From positions 160,001-224,000 of the forward strand of contig JAVJNR010000004.1 in the NCBI GenBank assembly GCA_040217195.1: DNA of 64,000 bases, given 5' to 3'. This DNA is from Leptospiraceae bacterium. Its GTDB lineage: Bacteria; Spirochaetota; Leptospiria; Leptospirales; Leptonemataceae. Numbering within the stretch: position 1 is the first letter of the stretch; each line of letters begins with the position of its first letter. Shown piece by piece: positions 1 to 9,032 of this stretch. The notes under the pieces were generated by a model. That model worked only from the letters and a program-made list of their open reading frames with translations, did not search any database and was not told where the DNA came from. The position numbers and the translations under genes are program-made.

Positions 1-2
1 CC

Positions 3-494
3 TGGAGAAAGGCTTATTCACCCAGGCGGGCCGTTCAGATGCTGGTAAACAATAGCTACTTCACCTATCCAGATCGTATTGTTCGTGAGTTCCTGGACTA
101 CGTAAGTATCAGTCTCTGTAATAATGAAAAAATACTTAAAGACGGAGATTTCATTATTGTGGCTGCTAAATCTGGAAGCGGCAAAACCTTCTTTGAAGTA
201 GGCCAGATTACGAATTCCACCCGGTTTCAGAGCAAACCAGGTATGGATCGGTTCGCCACAATCTTTCCTGAGATTGGCAAAACACCTAAATTTCGGTTCC
301 TGAAATTTCCTCTGGATAAGCTGAAGGCGGATCCGCGAAAGGCTCACTATGAGCTCAGCAAAGATGATAGTCGCCACATAGTGTATGCTGTGGATCCAAC
401 TCATGACCCCGAACTGTATGAGGAGCTATTCAAGCTAACTCGCTCCTCTTCAGCACCTGCAGGACATGCGGAAGCTGGTCAGCCAGCTACTTGA
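3..494 (+). CDS. Hypothetical protein, probably 5'-truncated by the window edge
   Basis: The ORF track gives 39..494, but the frame is open back to position 3. It overlaps the start of the next gene, as in an operon. No family recognised. Confidence 0.6.
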   Translation, partial: WRKAYSPRRAVQMLVNNSYFTYPDRIVREFLDYVSISLCNNEKILKDGDFIIVAAKSGSGKTFFEVGQITNSTRFQSKPGMDRFATIFPEIGKTPKFRFLKFPLDKLKADPRKAHYELSKDDSRHIVYAVDPTHDPELYEELFKLTRSSSAPAGHAEAGQPAT

Positions 495-2019
495 GGACAG
501 TCGTTCCGGACTGAAGCGAGACGCTTCCGGCAGACAGTACTTTAAACAGCGAAAGGTGCGATTTCGCACCATTTACTTTCATCCAGATGAATTGCTAGAG
601 GGCGGATGGCTGGAGTTTCAGCAAAGCATTCAAAGTCCATTTGCTGACCGGGTGGATCCATCACCTGCGCAGTTAAAGGAATTCGCAGCACGGAGCTCCG
701 AACGATTTCTGCATTTCTACTATAGAGTATTCGATGTAGCTGTGGCACGAGCCCTGGCCACACTTGATACAAATCTATTTCGCCGGCCCTTCATTGAACC
801 TTCCGTGTACCTTGACCTGGGCATCCCGGAGGATCCCACTGTTGGCTCCGTGCCACCGGCTCTTGCCAATGTCATATTGAATCAATATTACACTAGCCGG
901 CATTACCTGACCGCGACTTCAGAACCGAATTACGCTGAAGAACAGCATTTATCTGCGAAGATCGAGGCCGTCACCGAAGACCTTTCGAGAGAGAGTAGCA
1001 AAAATCTCCCGGAGAGCCCGGATGTGGATTTGAAATCCGGCCCAAAGATATCCTATCTTTCCAGCTACCTCGACGGCCTGACGGACGATGCAATTCTACT
1101 CCTTGCTCCTTACGGAGAGCTCTGGACTCTGGAAGACCGATTGCGCGAAATTCAGAACAGAAGCCGCAGAATGCGCCAGGAATTTCATTCCCTGTTTGCG
1201 GGGCACGATGGTTCAGAAATCCTCCAGAGGCTTACGCACTACTTCCAGCAGGCATTCCAGAAACATGGTATGCGAAATGTGCTTCAATCTATTTCCAGCT
1301 CTGAGCTCCGAGCAAATGTCAGGGCCTTTATGGAGCAGAACGATGCCGCTGCATTGCCTTACATTATTCGACACTCCCAGGAGATTCGCACCCTTCTGAA
1401 CGAATCAGTGCTGGCTCTGGTGAGCCTGTATCTACTTCCGGAACGTCTGGAATTCCGGATTCGCAGCGCTCTAATACAGGAAAGCCGGCTCCATGCACGA
1501 ATCATGAGGTACAATTTCCTGAGGTATCGTTCAGTTCCTATGGGTAAGACTCCGGACTTAAAATTGCTGCATGATCAAAGGAACCGTTCCAATAAGGAAG
1601 CAGTCCAAATCCTGGAGTCCGCAATGAAGATAAATCCAGACATCCGAATCTGGATGGATCTGCTTCAGGAACATGCAGATATTCGAGCTCGCATCAGGGA
1701 TATCTATGAAAGGTATCTGCAAAATGCGACTCGCCCGGACCAGGATCCACCACCCGGTGAAAAAACATTCACATCCGGGGATTCCACAAACGATCGTACA
1801 AATGCTGCAGCTAACCTGACCGATAGCCAGCTGAGTGCCAGACTGAAGTACGGAAAGATCATATCCTGGCCAGAGCACATAGCCTATGGAAATCCATTCG
1901 CCCGCCGGGAAGTACTGCTAAGTATTAAAGAACAACTACTGGAACGGTTAAGGCCAGTACGTAGCACAACCACTGGCTATTCACTGATACCAGAAGTCGG
2001 CATGGAATTCTTCCTTTAA
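466..2019 (+). CDS. Hypothetical protein (517 aa, helical-looking)
   Basis: Long ORF, co-directional with and overlapping or adjacent to both neighbours; no motif recognised. Confidence 0.75.
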   Translation: MRKLVSQLLEDSRSGLKRDASGRQYFKQRKVRFRTIYFHPDELLEGGWLEFQQSIQSPFADRVDPSPAQLKEFAARSSERFLHFYYRVFDVAVARALATLDTNLFRRPFIEPSVYLDLGIPEDPTVGSVPPALANVILNQYYTSRHYLTATSEPNYAEEQHLSAKIEAVTEDLSRESSKNLPESPDVDLKSGPKISYLSSYLDGLTDDAILLLAPYGELWTLEDRLREIQNRSRRMRQEFHSLFAGHDGSEILQRLTHYFQQAFQKHGMRNVLQSISSSELRANVRAFMEQNDAAALPYIIRHSQEIRTLLNESVLALVSLYLLPERLEFRIRSALIQESRLHARIMRYNFLRYRSVPMGKTPDLKLLHDQRNRSNKEAVQILESAMKINPDIRIWMDLLQEHADIRARIRDIYERYLQNATRPDQDPPPGEKTFTSGDSTNDRTNAAANLTDSQLSARLKYGKIISWPEHIAYGNPFARREVLLSIKEQLLERLRPVRSTTTGYSLIPEVGMEFFL

Positions 2020-2027
2020 ATCCGGTA

Positions 2028-2867
2028 ATGAAGCTCTGGAAGGAAAAACCCGGGTTCGAAAAAGATCTGCCGGAAATCGCCGGTCTGGAAATCAATACAC
2101 CGGCCACAGTGGATTGCCTTTTATCTCTGGCTCATCTGGTAGACCGAAATCTATTTCAGAGAGAACTCAATCTGGGTCGGATACTCAAAGAAAAGCTGGG
2201 TAGCCAGACTCTCCATTCTATGAAGATTCTACTCATGCCTGGCTCCTGTGGGGCTGCACGAGAAATCGAAAGACCAGACTTCCCCGAGTTTCGTAACCTG
2301 GTCATAGGCGAAAGTAGAAAACCTCAAGAACTGGGAGTTGCCAGTGAAAGCTCAATTCTGACTGGAGCCTGGTATAAAAAAAGAAACCACGCACTGTATT
2401 ACCCAATTGGTGGCGACAATGGTCAGTTAATTCGGAGTATATTTCTTGCCCTTCGCCTGTCCGGGCCGGCCGCTTTCTTCTTTGCTCTGGGGCAATTTGT
2501 TCATGATTGCCTGCCGGATAACCTGGTTTATTATGCAGGTTCTGAGGTGCCATTCAGACAGGTTACAGAAGATTATTACAGGCAGGAGGATAAGGTTCGA
2601 AAGAACCGAGGCGAAAAAACCGGTAGAAGACGAATAGATAACAGTCGACCTGCAGTACGATTCATGTTTTCTGTAGCTTACTCCAGGACTTTGATGGAAG
2701 CATTAACCGGAAGCTCCCAGAGCAATTTTCGCCATCCTCCTACGGAGCAATGGATGAGTCGTTATCTGGAATTACCGGTGCTGGCAATTACAGATCGAAA
2801 TCACTTTCGTGAACTTCGAGCCCAGGCACGAAATCTCATACAATCGTTCTCATTGCACAGTAGCTGA
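2028..2867 (+). CDS. Hypothetical protein (279 aa)
   Basis: Starts 8 nt after the previous stop codon; no motif recognised. Confidence 0.7.
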   Translation: MKLWKEKPGFEKDLPEIAGLEINTPATVDCLLSLAHLVDRNLFQRELNLGRILKEKLGSQTLHSMKILLMPGSCGAAREIERPDFPEFRNLVIGESRKPQELGVASESSILTGAWYKKRNHALYYPIGGDNGQLIRSIFLALRLSGPAAFFFALGQFVHDCLPDNLVYYAGSEVPFRQVTEDYYRQEDKVRKNRGEKTGRRRIDNSRPAVRFMFSVAYSRTLMEALTGSSQSNFRHPPTEQWMSRYLELPVLAITDRNHFRELRAQARNLIQSFSLHSS

Positions 2868-2879
2868 TACTGATAGGAA

Positions 2880-4166
2880 TCAACTCTTACTCAGCCAGTG
2901 GCTTTCTTTTTCCAGTTCCTCCCTAAAGCTTGGATGAGCGATGGAGATAAGCAATCGAGATCTCTCGCGGAGGTTTTTTCCAAATAGGTTTACTACTCCG
3001 TACTCTGTGGCCACGTAATGAACATCACCTCGACTTGTTACAACTCCGGCTCCGGGTGCCAGCACCGGGCAGATGCGAGAGACCTTGCCTCCCTTTGCAG
3101 TACTGGGCAAAGCGATGAATGGCTTTCCACCAGGAGATCGGGCGGCACCACGGATAAAGTCCACCTGGCCTCCAATGCCGCTAAAAATGTTATGACCCAT
3201 GGAATCACTATTCACCTGGCCCGTAAGATCTATGGAAATGGCTGAATTGATTGCCACCATATTCTGATTCTGAGCAATGATGAATGGATCGTTCACATAA
3301 TGACTGGGGCGAAATTCAAAAATGGGATTGTTATCGATCGCATCATACAGGTCCCGACTGCCCATTGCAAAACTGGTCATTATCTTCCCGCGATGCAGAC
3401 CTTTCTTTTGATTGTTTAACACCCCGGACGATAACAGAGGCAAAATACCATCGCTGAACATTTCGGTATGGATACCCAGATCTCGGTGATTTCGAAGCTG
3501 GTTTAGCACTGCATTTGGAATTCCACCTATACCCAGCTGAAGAGTAGCCCCGTCATCGATCAGCTCCGCAATGTTTTTTCCAATTCGTTCTTCTACGTCA
3601 CTGGACTCTTTCATCTGTAATTCAAAGAGCTCCTCTTCCTGCTCCACGAAATAATCCACTTCTGACACATGGATGAAGCAATCCCCCAGAGCACGGGGCA
3701 TTCGAGGGTTCACTTGAGCAATTACCAGCTCGGCGGCTTCCGCACATGGTTTGGTGATACTGCACTCCACTCCGTAGCTCATATAACCGAACTGGTCCGG
3801 CGGACTGACGTGAATCAGGGCTACATGAAGGGGCCAGTTACCTCCCCTGACCAGCTTCGCGATTTCACTCAGGAAAATGGGAATATAATCAGATTTCCCT
3901 TCGTTTACCGCTTCCCGAATCGCAGGGCCAAGAAACCAGGCGTTGTCTCGCACACCTTCAATATTTCTGAATGGATCCTCCCCGAACGTCAGAAGATGAT
4001 TCAATTCCACATCTTTCAGATCAGATGCGCGATCAGCCAGCGCCGCAATGAGCGCTCCGGGCATGGAGGCATTCCCGGAAATAAACACTTTTTGACCGTC
4101 TTTAACATGACTGACGGCCTGTGCAGGCGAAATCTTCCTAGAATCGTAATGAGGTTTCCATTCCAT
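2880..4166 (-). CDS. Acetyl-CoA hydrolase/transferase family protein (4-hydroxybutyrate CoA-transferase-like)
   Basis: Motifs TLQLGIGGIP, GIHTEMFSDG, GIGGQVDFIRGA and VATEYGVVNL. Confidence 0.92.
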   Translation of the reverse strand: MEWKPHYDSRKISPAQAVSHVKDGQKVFISGNASMPGALIAALADRASDLKDVELNHLLTFGEDPFRNIEGVRDNAWFLGPAIREAVNEGKSDYIPIFLSEIAKLVRGGNWPLHVALIHVSPPDQFGYMSYGVECSITKPCAEAAELVIAQVNPRMPRALGDCFIHVSEVDYFVEQEEELFELQMKESSDVEERIGKNIAELIDDGATLQLGIGGIPNAVLNQLRNHRDLGIHTEMFSDGILPLLSSGVLNNQKKGLHRGKIMTSFAMGSRDLYDAIDNNPIFEFRPSHYVNDPFIIAQNQNMVAINSAISIDLTGQVNSDSMGHNIFSGIGGQVDFIRGAARSPGGKPFIALPSTAKGGKVSRICPVLAPGAGVVTSRGDVHYVATEYGVVNLFGKNLRERSRLLISIAHPSFREELEKESHWLSKS

Positions 4167-4277
4167 AACATGACCTCAGCATCAACGGTTCATGCGTCCA
4201 TTAGAAATTGACTGGATACCTGGAGGGTGAAACGAGAAATTCGAAAATCAGGCCGGTCGTTATCAGGAAAGATTCCC

Positions 4278-6149
4278 TCAGAACTCAGGCTGTCGGCTGT
4301 CGGCATCGTCTAGAATCTTGAACTCTGTTCTGCGATTCTTTTGGTCGTGGGGCTCTCCCTTCTTATTGACTATCGGATGACTGAAACCTGCACCCTCCAC
4401 TTCCAGCCTCTTTTCATCTATACCATGGTACACCAGATAATTCTTCACACTAATGGCTCTGCGATAACTCAATGTCTCGTTGTATTCCTTTGAGCCGTGT
4501 AGATCCGTATGGCCAATAATTCGCAGACGAGTATTCGGATTCTTATTCAGATATTGAACCAGGCTTTCCAGATAGAATTCCGATTCGTCACGGAGGACTG
4601 CAGAATTCGCATCGAATCGTATTTCATTGACTTCAAAGGATTGCCCTTTGCGAGCTTTTTCAAGGTAAACGATTCGCTTCCCATTAAACACGGCACGATA
4701 ATCTATGATTCGGTGGTACGTTGCATAGCCGGGAACGGATATGGTTACTTCCAGGCCTTCGCTGTCGAATTCCGGTAGCCTTAGCTGCCCTGAATCGCTA
4801 CTTCTGGAACGAGATGGTTCCGGACGAGGCTTATTTTCATCCTGGTAATAGGGCTGCATTTTGACGGGCACGGAAAGAGGCCTGCCAGTATCTTTGTCCA
4901 TGATAATCAAGCTTTCTCGCTCTGGACGATAACGGCCGCTGTCCGGCAGTTCGGCTCCTTCGAAGGCCAGCTCAAGTCCTCGGTTCACTCTATCCCGATA
5001 GGCTTCTGGAGTTTCTCTTTCAAAGGAACCGTCCAGTCTGGCATCGTAATTCTGCAATAGTCCCTCCAGATCCTCTTCCCGCCCCAGATTGGCAGTGGGA
5101 TCTGTGTAAGATTGCGTATCCCCTTCTCGAACGCTTTCTGTTCGACCCTCACTTTCTTCGCTGGAAGGAGGCCTGGATTCGGTTTGATCTTCGCGCATAG
5201 CGAACTGCGAATCATTAAAGTTTAACTGAGTTTCGCTTGAATACAAATCATAGTGTCCTTTTCCGCCAGATCTATCCGATGCGAAGAAGAGAGTCCCATT
5301 GTGGATGCTTAAATGCATTTCATTTTCGGTAGAGCTAAGTTCTGGGACAAGGATAGGATCGGTCCATCCGCTTTCGCTTCGAGTGGTACGATAGAAATCC
5401 CATCCGCCCACACCACCGGGACGCCTGGAAGAAAACACATATGTATTTCCCTGAAGCGGCATCAGAGCGGCCTCCTGATGACCGGAGTTTATGGACGAAG
5501 GTAGAGACTCCGGTTCCGAGAATCCGCTGCCATTCCATCGGGCCATCATGATTTTTGATCCATTAATATCGCCAAACTCCCAGGTAGTGTAATACAATTC
5601 GCGGGAGTCCGGACTGAGCGCAGGTGCACGCTCATGATCCGATGTTTGAAACGCCCCTGGAATTCGGCGGGGTTCAGAGAACCGACCCTGTTCATCTGCA
5701 CGAGCCCAGTAAAGATCATACGACACTCGCACCCGGCCCTGGAGGTCTGCAGGCATTTCCAGACTTCCGTCACGATCCGATGCAAAGAGTACCACCTTTC
5801 CATCAGCACTCCAGAACGGAGTTTCATCATTATAGGGGGAGTTTAATTCGCGGACATTTCGCACAAGGGACCATTGCCCATCTTTCTTCGCTGCCAGGTA
5901 GATGTCCTGGTATTGACCGTTTCTGGTATTGAAAAGCATCCTCTGTCCATCCGGCGACAGGGTGGGCGCAAAATCGGCGGAGCCGGTATTTAACTCATCC
6001 AGAGGACGAATCTCCACCGGCCGGTCTGGCTGCTGTACCCCCTGCCCGTAAGCGAGTGCAGGAGCTAGTATCCCTCCCAGCAGAATAAGCACCATTAAGA
6101 AGACTGCCGCTTTCTGCAGATATTTTCCCAGATGTCCGGATACTTTCAT
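4278..6149 (-). CDS. OmpA-family protein with N-terminal PD40/TolB-like beta-propeller repeats
   Basis: Signal peptide; repeats DFAPTLSPDG, DETPFWSADG and ERAPALSPDS; C-terminal IIGHTD...LSYRRAISVKNYL...NRRTEF peptidoglycan-binding domain. Start uncertain (6194, 6149 or 6095). Confidence 0.88.
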   Translation of the reverse strand: MKVSGHLGKYLQKAAVFLMVLILLGGILAPALAYGQGVQQPDRPVEIRPLDELNTGSADFAPTLSPDGQRMLFNTRNGQYQDIYLAAKKDGQWSLVRNVRELNSPYNDETPFWSADGKVVLFASDRDGSLEMPADLQGRVRVSYDLYWARADEQGRFSEPRRIPGAFQTSDHERAPALSPDSRELYYTTWEFGDINGSKIMMARWNGSGFSEPESLPSSINSGHQEAALMPLQGNTYVFSSRRPGGVGGWDFYRTTRSESGWTDPILVPELSSTENEMHLSIHNGTLFFASDRSGGKGHYDLYSSETQLNFNDSQFAMREDQTESRPPSSEESEGRTESVREGDTQSYTDPTANLGREEDLEGLLQNYDARLDGSFERETPEAYRDRVNRGLELAFEGAELPDSGRYRPERESLIIMDKDTGRPLSVPVKMQPYYQDENKPRPEPSRSRSSDSGQLRLPEFDSEGLEVTISVPGYATYHRIIDYRAVFNGKRIVYLEKARKGQSFEVNEIRFDANSAVLRDESEFYLESLVQYLNKNPNTRLRIIGHTDLHGSKEYNETLSYRRAISVKNYLVYHGIDEKRLEVEGAGFSHPIVNKKGEPHDQKNRRTEFKILDDADSRQPEF

Positions 6150-6270
6150 AATAAAGCTATCGGCAATTGAAGGAAAAGCTTCATGGCGAGTCACTTTTTT
6201 GGAAAAGAATCCGTCTCCCAGGGCCCTGAACCGGTATTATGTCTCTTTCTACGGCGTGGAACCGGGACGA

Positions 6271-6390
6271 GTGCAGATTTGCACGCCGGGACGGGCAAAG
6301 GCGAACCCGGGAGGGATCGGCAGTCAGCGGCAATCTCTCCAGGTGCAGATTTGCACGCCCGAATGGGCAAAGGCGAACCCGGGAGGGATC
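6271..6390. repeat. Two 48-bp direct repeats (45/48 identical, 72-bp period) with internal hairpins
   Basis: 6271-6318 GTGCAGATTTGCACGCCGGGACGGGCAAAGGCGAACCCGGGAGGGATC and 6343-6390 GTGCAGATTTGCACGCCCGAATGGGCAAAGGCGAACCCGGGAGGGATC. Confidence 0.9.
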
Positions 6391-6486
6391 TGGAGAGGAA
6401 CCGGAAGAAGTGCGGGAACCACCGGAAGCCGGAAGAATGCAGTTTTTTGCGATTTTCATTTCTGCCAGTATCAGCTTTCTTGCCCC

Positions 6487-6844
6487 GGGGATGCACCGCA
6501 TCGTCGCGCGGCCCCGAAAGGGGAGTGAGGAAAGTCCGGACACCGCAGGGCAGAAGACCGGGTAATTCCCGGGGGACGGGTTGGTAACCACTCGTTTACG
6601 GAAAGTGCCGCAGAAAATATACCGCCGGATTTAGATTCGGTAAGGGTGAAATGGCGAGGTAAGAGCTCACCGCACCAATCGCAAGTTTGGTGGCAGGGTA
6701 AACCCTCTTCGGTGCAATCTCAAGTAAGCAGCCGTCCAGGTCGGCCCGACCGTGGCTGTGGGTGGAGAGCAAGGAACTGCGGGGTAACTCGCAGGCAAGA
6801 TAAATGACGATGCTCGACAGAATCCGGCTTACAGGTGCATCCCC
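6487..6844 (+). ncRNA. rnpB: Ribonuclease P RNA, bacterial type A
   Basis: Conserved GAGGAAAGTCC at 6527-6537 and ACAGAATCCGGCTTAC at 6817-6832; internal GGAAAGTGCC-CAGAAA, AAGGGTGAAA and GGTAAGAGC; terminal P1 helix GGGGATGCACC/GGTGCATCCCC. Confidence 0.97.
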
Positions 6845-6931
6845 ACCTTTTTAAAGCTTCGCATAATCGCAGACCGGATTCCATCAATGATCCATTCTGG
6901 AAATTTCGCTACCTGAAATGATGCGATTTAA

Positions 6932-8155
6932 TTATCCAGCGGAGGCAGCACTGGTACGTATGCGAAAGCTCTCGGTTGTCCAGAATGCAAGAACGAATAC
7001 AGAAACCAGAATAGCCAGTAATAGATACTCGGCCGGTTTCCATCCGCTCTCAGAGCTATGCAATAGTCCCATAATCGTGGCCACAATCACTCCACCACCA
7101 TTGCCTGCGAGCATCAACGCCCCGGCAGCGCCACCGGCTCTCTTCGCACCGGCCAACTCTTCTGACATGGCAAGTAGAAGAGCATAGCCAGGTAAAAAGA
7201 AGAAGCCCAGAAGTCCGCCAGCCCAGTAGAGAATGGTCAGATTGCCAGTCAAGAACAGAGGAATGGTGAGCAACAATCCGGCCACTCCGCAGAAGATCAG
7301 CACTGGTTTTCTTTTTTCTATCTTATCTGAGATGGCAGGAAGAATAAGAGAACCAAGAATCCCTCCTAGAATCATCACTCCACCAATGATTCCTGCATCC
7401 AATGGCTCAACGCCATTCTGCGAAAGCAAGGCCTCAAACCAGGTAGTGAGCCCATTAAAATAGCCCAGGGCCAGAAAGGCGATGACTATGACCAGTAGCA
7501 ATGCCGGTTGACGCAGTATTTCCATCATTTCGGAAAAGGCAGTGTAGGTCTGTACTTCCTGCTCCATCAAATTGCTGGCGGGATTCTCCCTGGTAAGCAA
7601 AATGAATAATACGGATATGAGTGCTGTGATGATTGCGAAAATTACCATAGTTGGCTGTAATCCATAGGATTCGCTTAATGCAGGGGTGGTAGCCATACCG
7701 GCCGCCATACCTGCGAACATCCCTGCCGTACCCAGGCCGGTTGCCAGAGCTCTTTGATGCTCATCAAACCAGTCTGCGGCCACTTTAGTAATTCCATTGA
7801 GTATGAAAGGCTGTGCGATTGCAATCAGAACCTGTCCGGCAAGCAAAGCCCAGAAACTGTCGGTATAGATGCGAACCACGGTTCCGATCGTCATGATCAC
7901 CGCTCCCAGGGAAAGGGTAATTCGGTATCCCCGACGATCGACCATAGCTCCGGAAGGCATGGCAAGAAAAACATACAGCAAAGGAAACACTAACGTTAGG
8001 GAGGTTGCCAGCATTTCATCCACCTGATATCTCTGCTGGATTTCCCCCAGAAGAGGTACGAAGTTTAACCATAATAATTGATTGATTCCAGCAAGCAGCA
8101 TGAAACATGCCAGCACTACCCATCTGTACGGATTTGAAAAGACCCCTTCCTTCAT
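6932..8155 (-). CDS. Major facilitator superfamily transporter
   Basis: About 12 hydrophobic segments; motif-A-like GAMVDRRGYR and SDKIEKRK; last gene of the kinase-aldolase-aminotransferase operon. Confidence 0.9.
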   Translation of the reverse strand: MKEGVFSNPYRWVVLACFMLLAGINQLLWLNFVPLLGEIQQRYQVDEMLATSLTLVFPLLYVFLAMPSGAMVDRRGYRITLSLGAVIMTIGTVVRIYTDSFWALLAGQVLIAIAQPFILNGITKVAADWFDEHQRALATGLGTAGMFAGMAAGMATTPALSESYGLQPTMVIFAIITALISVLFILLTRENPASNLMEQEVQTYTAFSEMMEILRQPALLLVIVIAFLALGYFNGLTTWFEALLSQNGVEPLDAGIIGGVMILGGILGSLILPAISDKIEKRKPVLIFCGVAGLLLTIPLFLTGNLTILYWAGGLLGFFFLPGYALLLAMSEELAGAKRAGGAAGALMLAGNGGGVIVATIMGLLHSSESGWKPAEYLLLAILVSVFVLAFWTTESFRIRTSAASAG

Positions 8156-8240
8156 AGCATTCTCCTCTTAGTTTCTCTGTTCCACAACTCTACTATCGCC
8201 AAATCTATATCTCTTTAAGAAGCGATTCCCTTCTAAATGA

Positions 8241-8999
8241 TCAGTATGCAGTAAAGCCTCCAGGTATCTCGCCTCTGGCATAGCTCTCTGCAGATCTTTT
8301 TGCATCCTTTAACATTCTCTTATGAGCTATGATTCGCACATAGAATGGAACTTTTCTGATCTTCTTTCCAGTGAGATGGGCAAGCAAATAGGCTCGCGCG
8401 CATTTTTCCAATAGCTCTGCATTGAATACAAGCTTTTCTGCAGTTACACCGCAAACCAGAACAGAATCAGAAAGTATCACTACATTTGATCCATCGGAAA
8501 GCTCCTTAAATATACCATCTTGATCCGAATCACCGGAGCTTTCCGGAACCGAACGGATGCTTCGTCCCAGCTGCCTGGCCTGCTCATCGAACACTCCCGG
8601 CATGGACAATCCCAGCTCTCCCAGGGCCATGGCCCAGGTTGGATGACCGATCATTATAGCTCCTACATCCGGTCGCCTATGATAGATTCTGGAATGCAGA
8701 TCCTTTACCGATTCTTGCTCGTAATTAAGTTTCTCCTTTCGAACACCGTTTCTGGACCTGGTCTTGCTCTCCATATACTGAAATTCATCACCTCCAGGGA
8801 TGCGAATGGATACACTTCCTGTGGCCTCCCCAAAAGCTCCCTTGCTGTCCAGACGTCTGGCGATCTGCTGAAGCACTCCAGCTGATTCGCCTTTTTTATT
8901 TGCTTTTTCCGATGGTTTTACGGCAGGCCTATTCTTAACTCTGGAAGCAGAGCCCTTTCTATTCTGCTTTTTTCCTGCCCTGGGTTTTACTTCTGCCAT
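8241..8999 (-). CDS. Class II aldolase/adducin-fold protein, catalytically degenerate
   Basis: Fold markers GSVSIR, LHSRIYHRRPDVGAI and AELLEKCA are present, but the HxH and NHG Zn ligands and the catalytic Glu are replaced. Confidence 0.8.
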   Translation of the reverse strand: MAEVKPRAGKKQNRKGSASRVKNRPAVKPSEKANKKGESAGVLQQIARRLDSKGAFGEATGSVSIRIPGGDEFQYMESKTRSRNGVRKEKLNYEQESVKDLHSRIYHRRPDVGAIMIGHPTWAMALGELGLSMPGVFDEQARQLGRSIRSVPESSGDSDQDGIFKELSDGSNVVILSDSVLVCGVTAEKLVFNAELLEKCARAYLLAHLTGKKIRKVPFYVRIIAHKRMLKDAKRSAESYARGEIPGGFTAY

Positions 9000-9032
9000 T
9001 GTTCTGCTCCTTATTCGGTTCAGGCTGAGCCC

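Noticed and set aside
6271..6390. 48-bp repeats read as a CRISPR array
   Set aside because: Only two copies, the 24-bp spacer is shorter than the repeat, and there is no leader or cas gene in the window.
6181..6591. Five overlapping ORFs of 101-136 aa
   Set aside because: They span GC-rich repeats and the 5' part of rnpB, have low-complexity Arg/Pro/Gly composition and are best explained as stop-poor non-coding DNA.
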